A stretch of 64,000 bases of DNA from the human T2T-CHM13v2.0 reference genome, Homo sapiens. The translations under genes were made by a program, and so were the position numbers. Positions within the stretch are counted from its first letter, which is position 1; the number at the start of each line of letters is the position of its first letter. This document shows, piece by piece, positions 32,576 to 46,229 of the stretch. The stretch lies in assembly GCF_009914755.1 (NCBI RefSeq), contig NC_060933.1; one strand, given 5' to 3'. Below the pieces are notes generated by a model that saw only the letters and a list, made by a program, of their open reading frames with translations, searched no databases and was not told the origin of the DNA.

Positions 32576-32888
32576 TATCATGTGTCATTTAATGAAAGGG
32601 ATATGTTCTGATATGTTGGCTGATTTTGTCATTGTATGAACGTTATATGGTGTACTTACACATATCTAGATAGTACAGCCTACTACACACCTAGCCTATG
32701 TGCTATAGCCTATTGCTCCTAGCTACAGACCTGTACAATATGTTACTGTACTAAATACTGTGGGCAATTGTAACACGATGGCAAGTATTTTTGTATCCAA
32801 AGATTTTTACATAGAAATTATAATCTTATTAGTCGTTTTCTATTAGCATGAAAAATGGCAATTAATGTCATTATATGATGTATGACTG
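32576..32888 (+). mobile_element. Tigger3a (MER7A/Golem_A) MITE
   Basis: 'gtgtacttacaca...agcctactacacacctag...agcctattgctcctag...gttactgtact...gcaattgtaacac'; ends 'atgactg' followed by TA. Confidence 0.88.
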
Positions 32889-34969
32889 TACAGCATAGAA
32901 GAGGAGGTTTTTAAATTAAATAGCATCAAGCATGTGAGGGTTAAGCAGAAATAGTCCCCAAATTACTGCATCCAGGAATAGGGCACACATGCTTTTACCC
33001 AATGGGGCATTAATTTGAACTTGGAACACAATCAAAATGGGATTTTTCCTGTCAAAAGATGTTTTAAATGCTCTATTAATACATTCAGAATACTATTGAT
33101 AACAGAGGACACAGGTGACTGTGACTGACATTGGGGAAAGGGCATCAAGACCAAGCATAAACATAAAAACGTCCTCAAGATTATGAAAGAGCAATAAACA
33201 CTTTGCCAAGTCTATTGGTAGGACCAAGCAAGAATATAAATCAATTAATAAGAACTGAACCTAATATAAACTTGGAGTATCCTAAGATGAAGAACCTAAG
33301 GAACTTCCCCAGATATTTTGAGAATCCTAATATAAATACGTGACCAATCCCAGAGTCAAGAGCAAGGAAACAATAAGAAAAAGAGAGAGAAAAGGAATAA
33401 AATGGCAACATTAGGAGCATTGTGGACCTGCTTCTAGATAAACAATAATGACTTATAAAATTTATTTTTACAAAAACAACAGGAAGTATTTAGAGTCTCT
33501 GTAAATTGTCCTAAGCATATACAGCAAAGGAAGAAATATTTACACAATATTATCTACTAAACATCAGTAAGAACAGTGACAGTCTGTGGCACGTAAGCCA
33601 CAATCCACTCCTTTACTGAACTCCAACCTCCAGCTCAAGATGACAGAAGTTCCACTCTGGGTAGACAAGACCAGGAGGCAAGGATCCCTTTCCCACAGCA
33701 ACAGTCAAGTGCTAGGATAGGACCCAAGGAGAGGTAGACAACCAGCATTTCTCGGGACCCCCATCTCCATGTCACAGAGACTAAATTCCAGTCTAGCAGT
33801 ACAGCAGAGAAGGAAAGGGCTGTATTTTTTCACCCACCTTCCACTCATAGAGCAGAGGCTCTACCTTAGATGTGGCAAGTTGAGAATACTAGGATTCTAA
33901 TCACTCTTACACTGTCTCATTTGTAGGGCAGAAGGTCCATTTAGAGAGAAGCAAGTAAAGGGACCAGAGGCTATGACACTGGCCCCTCTTGTAAAGTAAG
34001 GGTGCTACTCTTAAATAAATGGGCCACTTCTATTTCTGGAGCAGTGGCTCAAAGAGTTTGTCCAGAAAGAGAGGCAATCCATAATAACATAGAACTCTGA
34101 AACACTTATCAAAGGAACTGGCTTTATTTGGAACTAAAAATGGGAAAGTTCAAGCCTAATGGTGCACTGAAAACAAAAATTGATATTTTGATGGAAAATA
34201 ATTCAGGTGAGGCTGGCACTTCCATGAGAACATCAGGCTAAACTCTTGTTCTGTTAGTTCATCAGAGAGAATCAGGGAAAGAAACAGCTAAGTAGAGCCT
34301 TCCTGGAATCAGAACACACCTAAAGATTGGCCTCAGAAACCGCCTTTGCAAAAGAGTCTGAATTTATTTGGATCGGAAGATGAAGCAACTTATGCCCCAG
34401 GATAATTAGTGTAGCCTAACAGTTGGTGTGATACCAACAGAAGCAGAGAGATTAACAGAGAGATCATAGACAGAAACAAAGAGAAACCTGCCAAAACCAC
34501 TGTCACCACAGAGTCACTGTATGCATTCCCAAGGCTGAACTTCGTGAGGCATGACATCAGTCTTCAACTTTGGCAGAAATAGACTTTACTGAAATCTCCT
34601 AGCCAAGTCAAAACACACATAACCAAGAAAGCAATAACAATGACAAGCCCTAGAGGAGAAGAAGGATCAATGTCCAGAGCTGTTACCGTATATTACCCAA
34701 AATGCTCAATTTGCAACAACAATAAAAATTATGAGATGTGAAGAAACAAGAAAGTGCAACCAATATACACAGAAGAAAAAGCAGGCAACAAAATCTGACT
34801 AGGAGAGGGGTAAGATATCCAACTTAAAGACTTCAAGATAGTCATTATAAATATGCTCAGAGAACTAAAGGAAGCATGCTTTACAAAGTGAAGGAAGGTA
34901 TGAGAACAACGTCTGTTCAAATAGAGAATATCAATAAAGACATAGAATATATAAGAAAGAACCAAATGG

Positions 34970-35185
34970 AAATTCTGGGGTTGAAAAATACAATTTTTAA
35001 AAATTCATTAGAAGGGCTCAAAACAATAGATCTGAACAAGCAGAAGAAATAATACACACACTTGAAGATAATTTGACAAATTCTGGGGTTGAAAAATACA
35101 ATTTTTAAAAATTCATTAGAAGGGCTTAAAACAATAGATCTGAACAAGCAGAAGAAATAATACACAAACTTGAAGATAATTTGAC
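34970..35185 (+). repeat. 108-bp tandem duplication (2 copies, 2 mismatches)
   Basis: 34970-35077 matches 35078-35185 except ctc/ctt and cacact/caaact. Confidence 0.97.
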
Positions 35186-35756
35186 ATATTATGAAAGCCA
35201 CAGAGATAAAAAAAGAGTAAAGAAAATTGAGCAGATCATAAGAGAGACATGGAACACCATTAAGCACACCACTATAGGCAAAATGGTAGTACCAGAAGAG
35301 GAGAGAGATGAGCATAAAAATATTTCAATAAATAATGGCTAAAAACTACCCACACTTGACGAAAAACAATACTGTTCACATGCAAGAAGCTCAGTGGGTA
35401 AATATAAAGAGATTCATACCCAGAATCATCACAGTAAAAATACTGAAATCAAAGACAAAGAGTAAATCATGAAAGCAGCAAGAGAAAAATAATTTATCAT
35501 GCCCAAGGAAACCTCAATAAGAAGAATGACTGAGTTCTCATCAAAAACTATTGAGAACCTAAGTGGTTGGATGACAAAAACGATTAACCAAAAATCTTAT
35601 ATCCAACAAAATTATCTTTCAAAACTGAAGACAAAACAATGCCATTCCAGATACACAAAAATTGAGAGAATTTTTTCCTACTGAACCCACTTAGGAAATA
35701 GTAAAAAAAATTCCTTCAGGCTGAAAACAAGTGGCCCCAGACAGTAACTTTAGTTT

Positions 35757-35791
35757 ACACACACACACATACACACACACACGCATACACA
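35757..35791. repeat. (CA)n microsatellite
   Basis: Imperfect acacac run. Confidence 0.9.
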
Positions 35792-36437
35792 CAAGCACTG
35801 GTAAACATAATTATGTAATTCTAAAGGATAGTATAAATGAATAGTTCTCCTTTCTTCTCTTAAATGATTTAAAAGGCAATTGTATATAATAATATGTATA
35901 AAATGTATTGTTGGGCCTACAACATATACAAATGTAATCTATTTCACAATAACAGTACACAAGTGGTAGGTGGGAGCAAAGTTGTACTGTAGAAAGGACA
36001 TGATACCAGATGGTAACTCAAATCCACAGAACCAAATGACGACTACCATAAAGGGTAAATAAGAAGATTAATATAAGAAACTCTCTAAATACTCAAATTT
36101 CTTTCTTATATCTTCTTGAAAGGATATAAAATTATATAAAGTAATAAGTATAACAATATATGGTTGGATCTGTAACTCATATAAATATGTATAACAATAA
36201 TAGTATGAAAAGCGGAACTAGGAAATAGAGCTATACAGAAGTATTGTTTCCGTATCTCACTGCAATTAAGGTGATATAAGTATATAGTAAATCAAAATAT
36301 TAAGATGTTACACTAGAAAATATTAAATTAATACAAAAGAAAGCAATAAAAGAGAAATATAAGAGCAAAAAAGACATGAGACCGTATTTTTTAAAAGTAA
36401 AATTGCATGTGTAAATCACTATATCAGTAATAACATT

Positions 36438-37589
36438 GGGAGCTGATCATAATCCCCAAAACCCAATCCCAAATGCCATAATCCCTAATATTGAAATTCC
36501 AAAAGCTCAAAATCCCACAAATCTAAAATCTCCAAAATCACAATCTTGAAAAGTCAAAATTATAAAAAACATAATTCTGGAAAAAAATAATTTTAAAAAT
36601 TACCTTAAATATATTTCTTTACATTTTTAAAAGAGGATTTATTTTAGAAACATAAAAATACAACATAACACTTCATAGGACACTTTACATAATAAAATAG
36701 CCAATAATATATATATTTTTGCAAGCATAAACACTCAGGTATACTAATAACAGTCACATGAGTATAAACGTATGAGCAGATGAATCATACAAAAAAATAG
36801 GTCAAAAGGGAAACGCATTTGCATATCACTATGGTTGGTAATGCTGTGCACCCAGCTTTATTACTGCAGTCATATGAAACACTATGATGAATAATTTGTC
36901 TTTTGCCGAGATTGATCAAAAACTAAAAATTTTCACTATCGCATATGCAGTCACCGAAATAACCAAAATCTTGAGAAATGTTATCTTTCACAAATACACA
37001 TGTACATAAAGGACATCTCTTCATTTATTGAGGAAGTTTCAACATTTTTACATACAAGCACAATGCTTACAAAGTCAACCTTGTGATAATGCACTTCCTT
37101 GGAGTTAAATTTGCAAAAAATGCACAAAATGCATTAGAACTCTCCAAGTCTCTACGGAATTTATACCTCCAGTATTGGAGAGAATACAAAAATTAAATAC
37201 ATGTCATAGTGAACTGTAAAAAACAATGCTGACAATTTAAAATAGTTTAAAAAAAGAAAAAAATCAACATCCAAAAAGGTGTATTACAGAGATAGATTAT
37301 GGACAATTGCACAGAAATACTCCATAAGAGCTGGCCAACATTCACGATAATTTTGAAATCTTGCATCATGAGGATCAGCTACTTTTTTCCTTTTAGGTTT
37401 TGGCTCTCCTGAGAGAATATATTCACACTTATTTGCTATGTGGTGCTGCTCCTTTTGAAATTCTTCTATGATTCAATAATTGCTGACGTGAGCATTCCCT
37501 ATTAATTTTACCATCTTCTATTTAAGAATTTTGATCTTTTGGGATTATGGCACTTGGGATTGTATCTTTCAGGATTATTATCCAAATCC
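36438..37589. mobile_element. Ricksha MULE/MuDR non-autonomous DNA transposon
   Basis: Terminal inverted repeats 'ggg...gatcataatcccc...caatcccaaatgccataatccc' and 'gggattatggcacttgggattg...ggattattatccaaatcc'; degenerate 9-bp TSD aataacatt/aataattct. Confidence 0.82.
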
Positions 37590-39533
37590 AATAATTCTAA
37601 ACGCGAGTAAATGAACAATCAAGACAAAAGGAAAAAATTGTAAGACTAGATTTAAAAACCCAAGACACAGTTATCTGTAGGTTCACTGCAGGAGATGTAT
37701 ATTAGATTCAAAGATACAAATCTGATGAAAGTAAAAGGATGCAAAAAGATATATCATGAAAACAGCAACCGTAAAAAAGCTGGAAAGGCATACTTAAGAC
37801 AACATAAACTTTAAAACAAAAAATATTGCTAGAGATAAAGAGGGAAGTATAATAATAAAAGAGTAAATTCATTAGGAAGATATTAATTTTAAAAATAAAT
37901 ATACACTTAGAAACAGAGCTCCATAATACATGCAACAAAAACTGACAGAATTATTGGGAGAAATACACAATTTAACAATAAGTGTTGGAGACTTCAATAT
38001 TCTACTTTAACAATGAGCAAAACATGTCAGAGAAGATCAACAAGGAAATAGAAGACTTGAGCAAGAATGTAAACCAGTTAAGACCTGAAAGTTTTCTATA
38101 GAACACTCCACCCAACAGCAGCAGAATACACATCCTTGTCAAGTACACATGGAATATTCAACAGAAGAGATGATATGCAAGACCATAAAACAAGTCTCAA
38201 TACCTTTGAAAGGATGGAAATCATACTAAGTATGTTCTCTGGCCACAATGGAATAAAATTAGAAATCAGTAACAAAGAAATTTGAGAAACTTGCAAATAC
38301 GTGGAAATGATAGCACACACTCCTAAATAAGAGGTCAGAGAAGAAAGTACAAGGAAAATTAGAAAACACTTTGAGATGCATGAAAATGAAAACACAATAC
38401 ACTAAAACTTACGGAACACTGCTAAAGCAGAGCTTAGAATTTACAACTATAAATGCCTATATGAAGAAAGTTTCCAGATTAATGTATTAACCTCCTAACT
38501 TCAGATACTAGCAAAGAAGAGAAAGTAAACATAAAACAAGAAGAAAGAAGAAAATAATAAAAGTTAGAGCATAAATTAATAAAATGAAAAAACGCAGAAA
38601 TCAAATAAAAGTGTGTACTTTGAAAAGATCAAAATAATTGACAAATATTTAGTTTGGCCAAGAGAAAGAAAAGACCTAAATTACTAAAATCAGGATGGAA
38701 GTGGGGGATTACTACTGACCTTAAAGAAAATAAAAGGTTTATACAAGAATACTATGAATGACTAAATGCCAAAAAATTAAATAACTTAGATAAAATGGGA
38801 AAATCCCTAGAAAGACACCAACTGTGAAAACTGAGTCAAATAGAAATAGAAAATGTGAATACACCTATAACAAATAAACCCTCAGCCTAAACAGCTTCAC
38901 TGGTGAATTCTATCAATTATTTAAAGAATAAATAATGCCAGTTCTTGACAAACATTTCCAAAACAGAAAATTAGAGAATACTTTCTAATTCATTCTATGA
39001 GCCTAGTATTACCCGAATTCCAAAACCAGACAAGGACATCGCAAGATAAGGAAACTACACACCAATATCTCTAATGAATATAGATGCAAAACTCTGCAAC
39101 AAAATACTAGCAAACTGAATCCAGCAATATACTAAAAGAATCATAAATCATGACCAAGAGGCATTAATCTCAGGAATGTGACGTTGCTTTAGCATCCAAA
39201 AATCAATCAGTATAACATAGAATACCAATAGAAGAAAGAATAAAATCCACACAATTATCTAAATTGACTCAGAAAAAGCATTTGGCAAATCTGACACATT
39301 TTTATGAGAAAAAGAAAAAACACTCAACGAACAAGGAATAGAAGAGAACTTCGTCAACATAATAAAAGGCATCTATAAAAAATCGCACCAATGACATCAT
39401 ACTTAATAAATGGCTGAATACTTTCCACCTAAGACCAGGAAAAAGACAAGAATGTCTAGTCTCACGACTTTGATTCAACATTACACTGGAGGTTTTAGCT
39501 AGGGCAATTAGGCAAGAAAAGTTAGCGGGGGAG

Positions 39534-39821
39534 GGCCGGGCGTGGCGGCTCACGCCTGTAATACCAGCACTTTGGGAGGCCGAGACGGGCAGATCACGAG
39601 GTCAGGAGATCGAGATCATCCTGGCTAACGCGGTGAAACTCCGTCTCTACTAAAAAATACAAAAACAAAATTAGCTGGGTGTGGTGGCAGGTGCCTGTAG
39701 TCCCAGCTACTCGGGAGGCTGAGGCTGGAGAATGGCATGAACCCAGAGGCTGAGCTTGCAGTGAGCCGAGATCGCGCCACTGCACTCCAGGCTGAGCCAC
39801 AGAGCGAGACTCCATCTCAAT

Positions 39822-39844
<23 letters not shown>
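39534..39844 (+). mobile_element. AluY inserted in the L1 RT region
   Basis: 'gagatcgagatcatcctggctaac', 'aatggcatgaacc...gagcttgcag'; TSD core aagaaaagttag. Confidence 0.93.
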
Positions 39845-39852
<8 letters not shown>

Positions 39853-42800
39853 TTAGGAGAGGAGAAGCATCTAGGTTGAAAGGAAGTAGGAAAGCTATCA
39901 CAATTTGCAGATTACATTATCTTGTTTATAGAGAAGTCTAAAGAATCAACTAAAAATCTTCTAGATCTAATAAGAGTTCAGCTACGTTGTAAAATAAACA
40001 AAATACAAAAATTGATTGGATTTCTATACACTTGCAATAATCTGAAATGAAATTGAGAAAACAATTCCATTACAATAGGATCAAAAAAATAAAATACTTA
40101 GGAATAAATCTCCTATCAAAATCCCAGCCGACTCCCTTGCAGAAATTGATGAGGTATTCCTAAAATTCTTACAGATGAATCATCCAAAACAATCTTGAAG
40201 GAAAAGAACAAAGTTGAAGGACTTTGATTTAAAAATGTATTACAAAGCTATGCTCTTCAAGAGAATGTGGTACTAGCATAAGGACAGACATATAAATCAA
40301 TGAAATAGAATTGATCATGATAATAAAAATGAAAAATAATAACAAGTGTTGGTGAGGATTTAAGGAAATTTTAACCCCCATACACAGCTTGTAGGAATAT
40401 AAAATGATGCAGCCACTTTGGCAAGCAGCTGGACGGTTACCATATGACCTAGGAATTTCACTCCTGGGTATATACTCAAGATAAATAGAAACATAGTCAC
40501 ATACAAATTTGCACATGAATGTTCATAGCCACATTTTTCATAATAGCCAAAGGTGAAAACAACCCAAATGTCCTACAACCCATAAATGGATAAACAAAAT
40601 GTGATATATACACACAATGAAATATTGTTCATCCATAAAAAATGAAGTTCTCATTTATGTTACAATATAGAAGAATCTTGAAAACATTATGCTAAGTGAA
40701 AACAGCCAGACACAAAAGGTCACATGTTGTATGATTCTATTTTTACAAAATATACAGAGTAGGCAAAACTTTACCAACAGAAAGCAGATTAATGATTGCC
40801 TGGAACTTGCAGAGTTAGAAAGGAAAAGAGGGTGCCTGCTAATGGATGTGAGATTTCTTTTTAGGGTGATGGACATATTCTGAAATCCTTGATGTCAGTG
40901 GTGGTGTCACAACTCTGAATATACCAAAAAAATTGCACAGTTTAAGTGAGAGAATTTCATGATATGTTAATTATAGCTCAATAAAGCTGTTTAAAAAAAT
41001 GAAAGAGGATAAAAACTGTACAATGCACCACACCTCCCACTATTTTGTTAGGTAAAACTAGCTTTAAAGCAAATTCCCTATCATACCTCCTGTATGATTT
41101 GCTGAAGTTATGTATTTTGTGTTTATATGTAAGAACCTATAGTTCCTATAGTTCTCATTTACTTATTTACCCATCAAATAATCTGAATTACTTATATATT
41201 TTTCTAGGAAGAGTAAATAAAATTAGAGAAAGTAACAGTGCATGGCTATTATTGAAAGTTATGCTCTTCTGTTTCATAGAGGTTGCTCTGGAAAAAAAAA
41301 TTGGGCAAGAATAGAAGAAATAGGCTAAAACTGAGATATGATACAGCTTCCAATGACAAAGAAGGAGCCACCTGAAACACATTTTTATTTAGCAATAATG
41401 TGATCCTAAAAGGAAAATACCATTTGAACAAACCAAATAGCCCCTCCACTAGGAGAGGAGATTCACCTCCCACTTGACTCCCCAGAAGTGGATTTCACAA
41501 GTTTACATGCAACCCAGAATTGAGCGACATTATCTTCTCACAATAAAATTGTGGGCCTTAAGTAGTCCATTTTTCATCCTGCCAGCCAGAGATTCTATTG
41601 ATGAACCAAATAATAGAGAAAAACGTGGACAGTCTGTGGCTGCTTCCTTTTCAAAAAAGAAAGAAAGAAAGAAATGGTGTCCAATTATACACATTAGCCT
41701 TAATTTTGGCCTTTGAATGATCAGATAATGTTTCTGCCCATGAAATGAATTCTTGTGGCAAGCCCATGCTTTTCAATGTCAAAAATAAAATCTTCCAATT
41801 AATTGTCAAAACGCTTTTCCAGCATCTGGAGACGGGAGTAAGTTGGGTCTTTTATATTTGTAGCTTTTGACATTATATTAAACAATCTTTCGGGTTGTCA
41901 TAGTCCATTCTCCTTTGTATATATCCCCATTGGTTTGTGTTTATCAATTGTTTTATTAGGCCATCTAATCTTTCAGTTCAATTTCTATATTTCTTATATT
42001 TAGGTTAAATCAAGGGAAATTTTTGTCACTGTGCAATAATCTCCATGTCCTGCTTCAAGAGGGCAAGACCAAGGATATTTTTCAGAGTGTAGGCAGATAT
42101 TTGCCTTTCCTTCCTCCAAAAAGCTGGTCCTGCATGGGGTTACATGAAGCTGTCTCAGCACTGGCAACCATAGAAGATACCACGTAGACAACTAATCAGC
42201 TATTGTGGATTGCTATAATCTTTACCGCAAGGTAAATATCAGAGCTACTGATCCATGCTTATGTACTTCTTTTCAAGTCTGAGAGTGTTTCTCTTTAACA
42301 GAAAATGCTGCATGAAAACACTTTCCATTTCCCAGTATCTTCTCTCAAGGATTTTCTTTGTTTTACATTTGAAAAGGTAATCAAGTCACATAAATGAGCT
42401 AAGGATTTTTCATTTGCTCTTAACTCCAAAACTTTTCAAGAAAAGTTGGAAGCAGAGAAGCTTCTTTTTCATTTCTTCATATGTTCATATCTAGGGCTAT
42501 TTTTTCATTTGATTTCTGTTTTCCTTGCTCCTTTTTTTGTAAGAATGTCTGCATTTACCAAATTTAACTTGTGTTCCTTTTGGATTCATAGAAGCATATA
42601 TTTTTCTTTAATCAATGTCTGTGTTCCCTGAGAAGCTAAAAATTATTCCAGGATGAGGGTATTACGTATTAACAGAAAAAAAATAGAGAAATCATTTGTA
42701 TTCATTTTTCAAAATACTTCTCAGCCCAATTTAGAAAGGCTTTACTTTCTTGGATTTGTTCATTTGAATTTTTAATCATTAATTTAACTCAACTATGCAG

Positions 42801-44119
42801 ATGATCAACCACAGAGATGTAGAAAGAACTGGAGCAATTGTACCTAGGTAAGAAAAAGGGTGATTCATTTGAAGGAGGTGAGTAAAGACAGACAGTGTGT
42901 TGATACAAGCTTCTTGATGCCCTTTCTACCAATCTCCAGGCACTTCTTGGCTAAGGCATGTAAATAATTTTCACTTGTCCTGGTCCTTCTTTTAGGGACA
43001 GAACAAGCCTTATCAGCCTATCAGCAAATTATTTACACCCAGTTTCAGGTCTCCTGGGCACCAGGATGGACACAGGCATGTGTGTCCTTAAGAGCTGCAA
43101 ATCTGTATCCAAAAGGAGTTATAGATCCAACGGCAAAGAAAAGTCATAAGTACATATGGGAATGGAGCCAAACCTGAGAAGGTTGGAAAGTGTTCAGGAA
43201 CTAAATGTAAAGTGGCAGAGAATTATCAGGCTGATGGAAAAGCCATGAAAAAGTTGAGATGACACTTGTATATGTACATGGCTGCATCGCCTCAGGGTAG
43301 ATGTGGGGGGCAAAGGAACTAGACACGACCACCCTACCCTGGACCTCTCCTCAGTCCCAACACTCAGAGCAGTTCCCTCAGCAAGCACTTGGCACCAAAA
43401 GGCAAAGCAGTCTCAGGTGCTGTGGCTTGCTCTCTCTGATCCTCTGTCCTGCTCCATAAGATAGAACTTTTCACATACTTTAGGAGCCAAGTACAAATAT
43501 TCTAACCCCTAACTGTAATTTCCTGTTCTCATCAGTCACTTAAACCTTGATGTCCATGGGACACCACTCTAAATTATCTGCATTTTAAATTGTTTTTATG
43601 ATTTTGTTCTTTGCCCTGAAATTTTCTTTACATTCCCATTCTAAGAGAGGCTATGTTGGTTGAAGGTCCATTCAGTCTTCTACAACCCTTTTTCCACTCT
43701 TTCACCCTTCTGCAAGTCCCTAACCTTCCAAAAGAGCCACCTAAGTTTCGACCTTCTTTCTCCTCTAAAAAATAAAACAAAAGTGTTAATGATGGTGATG
43801 GGCAAAGTTGAAATTATTTAATATCTCAATAATTATAGCTCCTTCAAGCCTTTTAAAAGGAAATATTCAGCATTTGTCTCCAGCAATTTAGATTATGGTT
43901 CGGAAGATTAGTTAACATCCTATTAGCCTGTAATCCTAAACTATTCTTTACTCTAAAGTACATTAAATCAGATGGGAACAAAAACCCCCACTTTTCTTTA
44001 CATTTTCATTTTATGAGATAGGTCTTTGGGAAAATTTATATTTACTGTTTTTTCAAGTTATGCTTGAGCGCTATGGATAGCTTCTACATAGGTTTAGGTT
44101 GTTGAAAATGAAGAAAATG

Positions 44120-44290
44120 ATACAACAGCTAACATCTATTGGCCACTTAGTATATGGGACAAGCACTTTGGTAAGTACTGTATTACATGGACTATCTCAT
44201 TTAAGTCCCACAACAACTATTATCCTCATTTTTATACATGAAGAAACTAAGGCTCACAGAAATTCATTAACCTGCCCAAGAGAGTGGTAT
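44120..44290 (-). mobile_element. MIR
   Basis: 'ctcatttaagtcccacaacaac...ctcatttttatacatgaagaaactaaggctcacaga...taacctgcccaag'. Confidence 0.75.
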
Positions 44291-44849
44291 AGCCAAAACT
44301 CAATTTTATTTTGATTAAGGGAAAATTTAAAGAAACAATGCATGTACAAGGATATGACTGCAAATAGTGATAAGCTGCATATTGTGCTCCAGTGCCCCAT
44401 GTGAGCAAACTAGTGGCCTGGAAGCTTCTCTGCATAGTCATGGAGGTAAGTCTCTTGATTTAAGGATGTCATAATACCGGGTCATGTTACTGGTAGGCTT
44501 CCTTATGGACAGTAAATGAGTGAGACCTAAAAGGCTCCCAGCCTTTTAGGAGAAGCAAGCAGAGCTTCAGGGAATAAGAATGTGCTTTTCTGCAAGACCC
44601 ATTTCCACCCCTGAATGCTCCATGCCCTGAATGTGGACCATACACTCAGAGGAATTGTAGCTGCAGTCAAGAGCATTGGCCTGGTTTAATACCTTAATAT
44701 GTGTGTGGAGGCCTTCCTAAAAGAGCACATGTGATTGAGCTGCCTTCACTCTATCAATCAAGTGGAGAGTTCATGCATGGCCTTTAACACAAGGTATCAC
44801 AGAGGAAGCCCATATTTATTCTTAACACCATCATCATGACTAACACTGT

Positions 44850-45080
44850 GGAACAGTGGCTAAGAGTGTGGACTCTGGAGACACATTACAGAGGCTTTGA
44901 ATCCCAAATCTACTACTTACTAGCTGTATATTCTTGGGTATGTTATTTAACATTTCTCTGACTCTATTTATTTATTTGTAAAATAGAGGTAATTATAGCA
45001 CCTGCTTTATCACGTTGCTCTGAGGATCTAATATAAGTAATGTTTGTACCTGGCACATAGTACATACTCCATAAATATTA
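44850..45080 (+). mobile_element. MIR (MIRb-like)
   Basis: 'gtggctaagagtgtggactctggag...ctactacttactagctgt...tgtaaaatagag...cctggcacatagta'. Confidence 0.8.
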
Positions 45081-46229
45081 TATAGTATCATCATGATCAT
45101 CATCACTATCAATCATCATCTCTGCCCCAGGATTTGGAGGTGAAGAGGAATCACTAGATGGGAATATGCTGAGCTCCAGCAGCCACCATTGATGCTGAGC
45201 AAAACCCTCACCAATCAAACCCCATACTCAGACTATGACACAATGGTTTCAACCACTTCCCTTATCTCCTGTGCCTTTGTCACCATCCTGCAGCAGGTCC
45301 TCATTACATCTTACCTGTGCTACCACAAAATCTTCCAGACGGATCTTCCCAAATCCATCTCTTCCTTCTCTAATCAGTCATCAACACTGCTAGCAGATCA
45401 ATCTTTCTCCTGAGGGTCAGAGTTTCTATCTCACACCTCTTCCCAAGCGCTGCTACCCCTTATACTAGATCACGCTCTATGGAGATGCTGAATGAATGTT
45501 TTCTGGAATTGCTGTGTGAGTTCCTTTCATAGGGTAGGAAATCATGCCAGCAATACCAAAAAAAGAGGGTCACTAGCAATAGAAGTGACATATTAATAAT
45601 GTTAAATTCCACTGACACTGTGTTTTACTGTTTACAAAGCACTCTCACACATTCTAGGTGGTAGGCAAGGCAGGTTGCATCCTCATTTTAAAGGGAAGGA
45701 AACTAAATTGATTACAGAGGTAACATGACTCAACCAAGGTTAAGACACCACCAAAATTGTGTCTCAAAGTCTCTTGGCTGGTTTCACATTACCTCCTTTC
45801 AGTAACTATTCAGAAAGTAGGGTCATGTTATATTTCCTGAAGAATTGTGCTCAGTATGTTTAGAATGATAAAATAACATGTATTGGGTACTTACTAAGGT
45901 CAGGAACCATACCAAGCATTCTACATGGATTATATAATTTGACTCTCTCAAGAACCATATTTGCCCATTTATCAGATGAAAAAACATGAGTTTGCACATA
46001 CTAAATTACCAGCTTAGGATAACTTAGCAATAGCAAGGTGAATAGACAATGACAACCAGAGGGCTGTGCTCTGAACTGGGCCCTCTTCTCCTTCCTGCCT
46101 CTGGGTTCCTGGCTGAGTCTCAAGTCAATTTAACCTAGATGATGATTTGGGCTTTTTCTATATCACTTATCTATATCAGTTATGTCTTACAGGAGAATTA
46201 TGTAACAATTTAGAAATGCATATGTATTG

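Larger units (their letters stand above)
33395..40998 (+). mobile_element. Near full-length, internally deleted L1MB-type LINE-1 (5'UTR, ORF1, ORF2, 3'UTR) with nested Ricksha and AluY
   Basis: ORF1 remnants ~34.7-35.7 kb; EN 'gttggagacttcaat' (VGDFN); RT 'accaatatctctaatgaatatagatgcaaaa' (PISLMNIDAK), 'tttgcagattacatt'; 3' end 'ctcaataaagctgtt' plus A-run. 5' boundary approximate. Confidence 0.85.

Noticed and set aside
34917-35315. 132-aa ORF with an internal 36-aa repeat
   Set aside because: Antisense reading of the L1 across the 108-bp DNA duplication; not a repeat protein.
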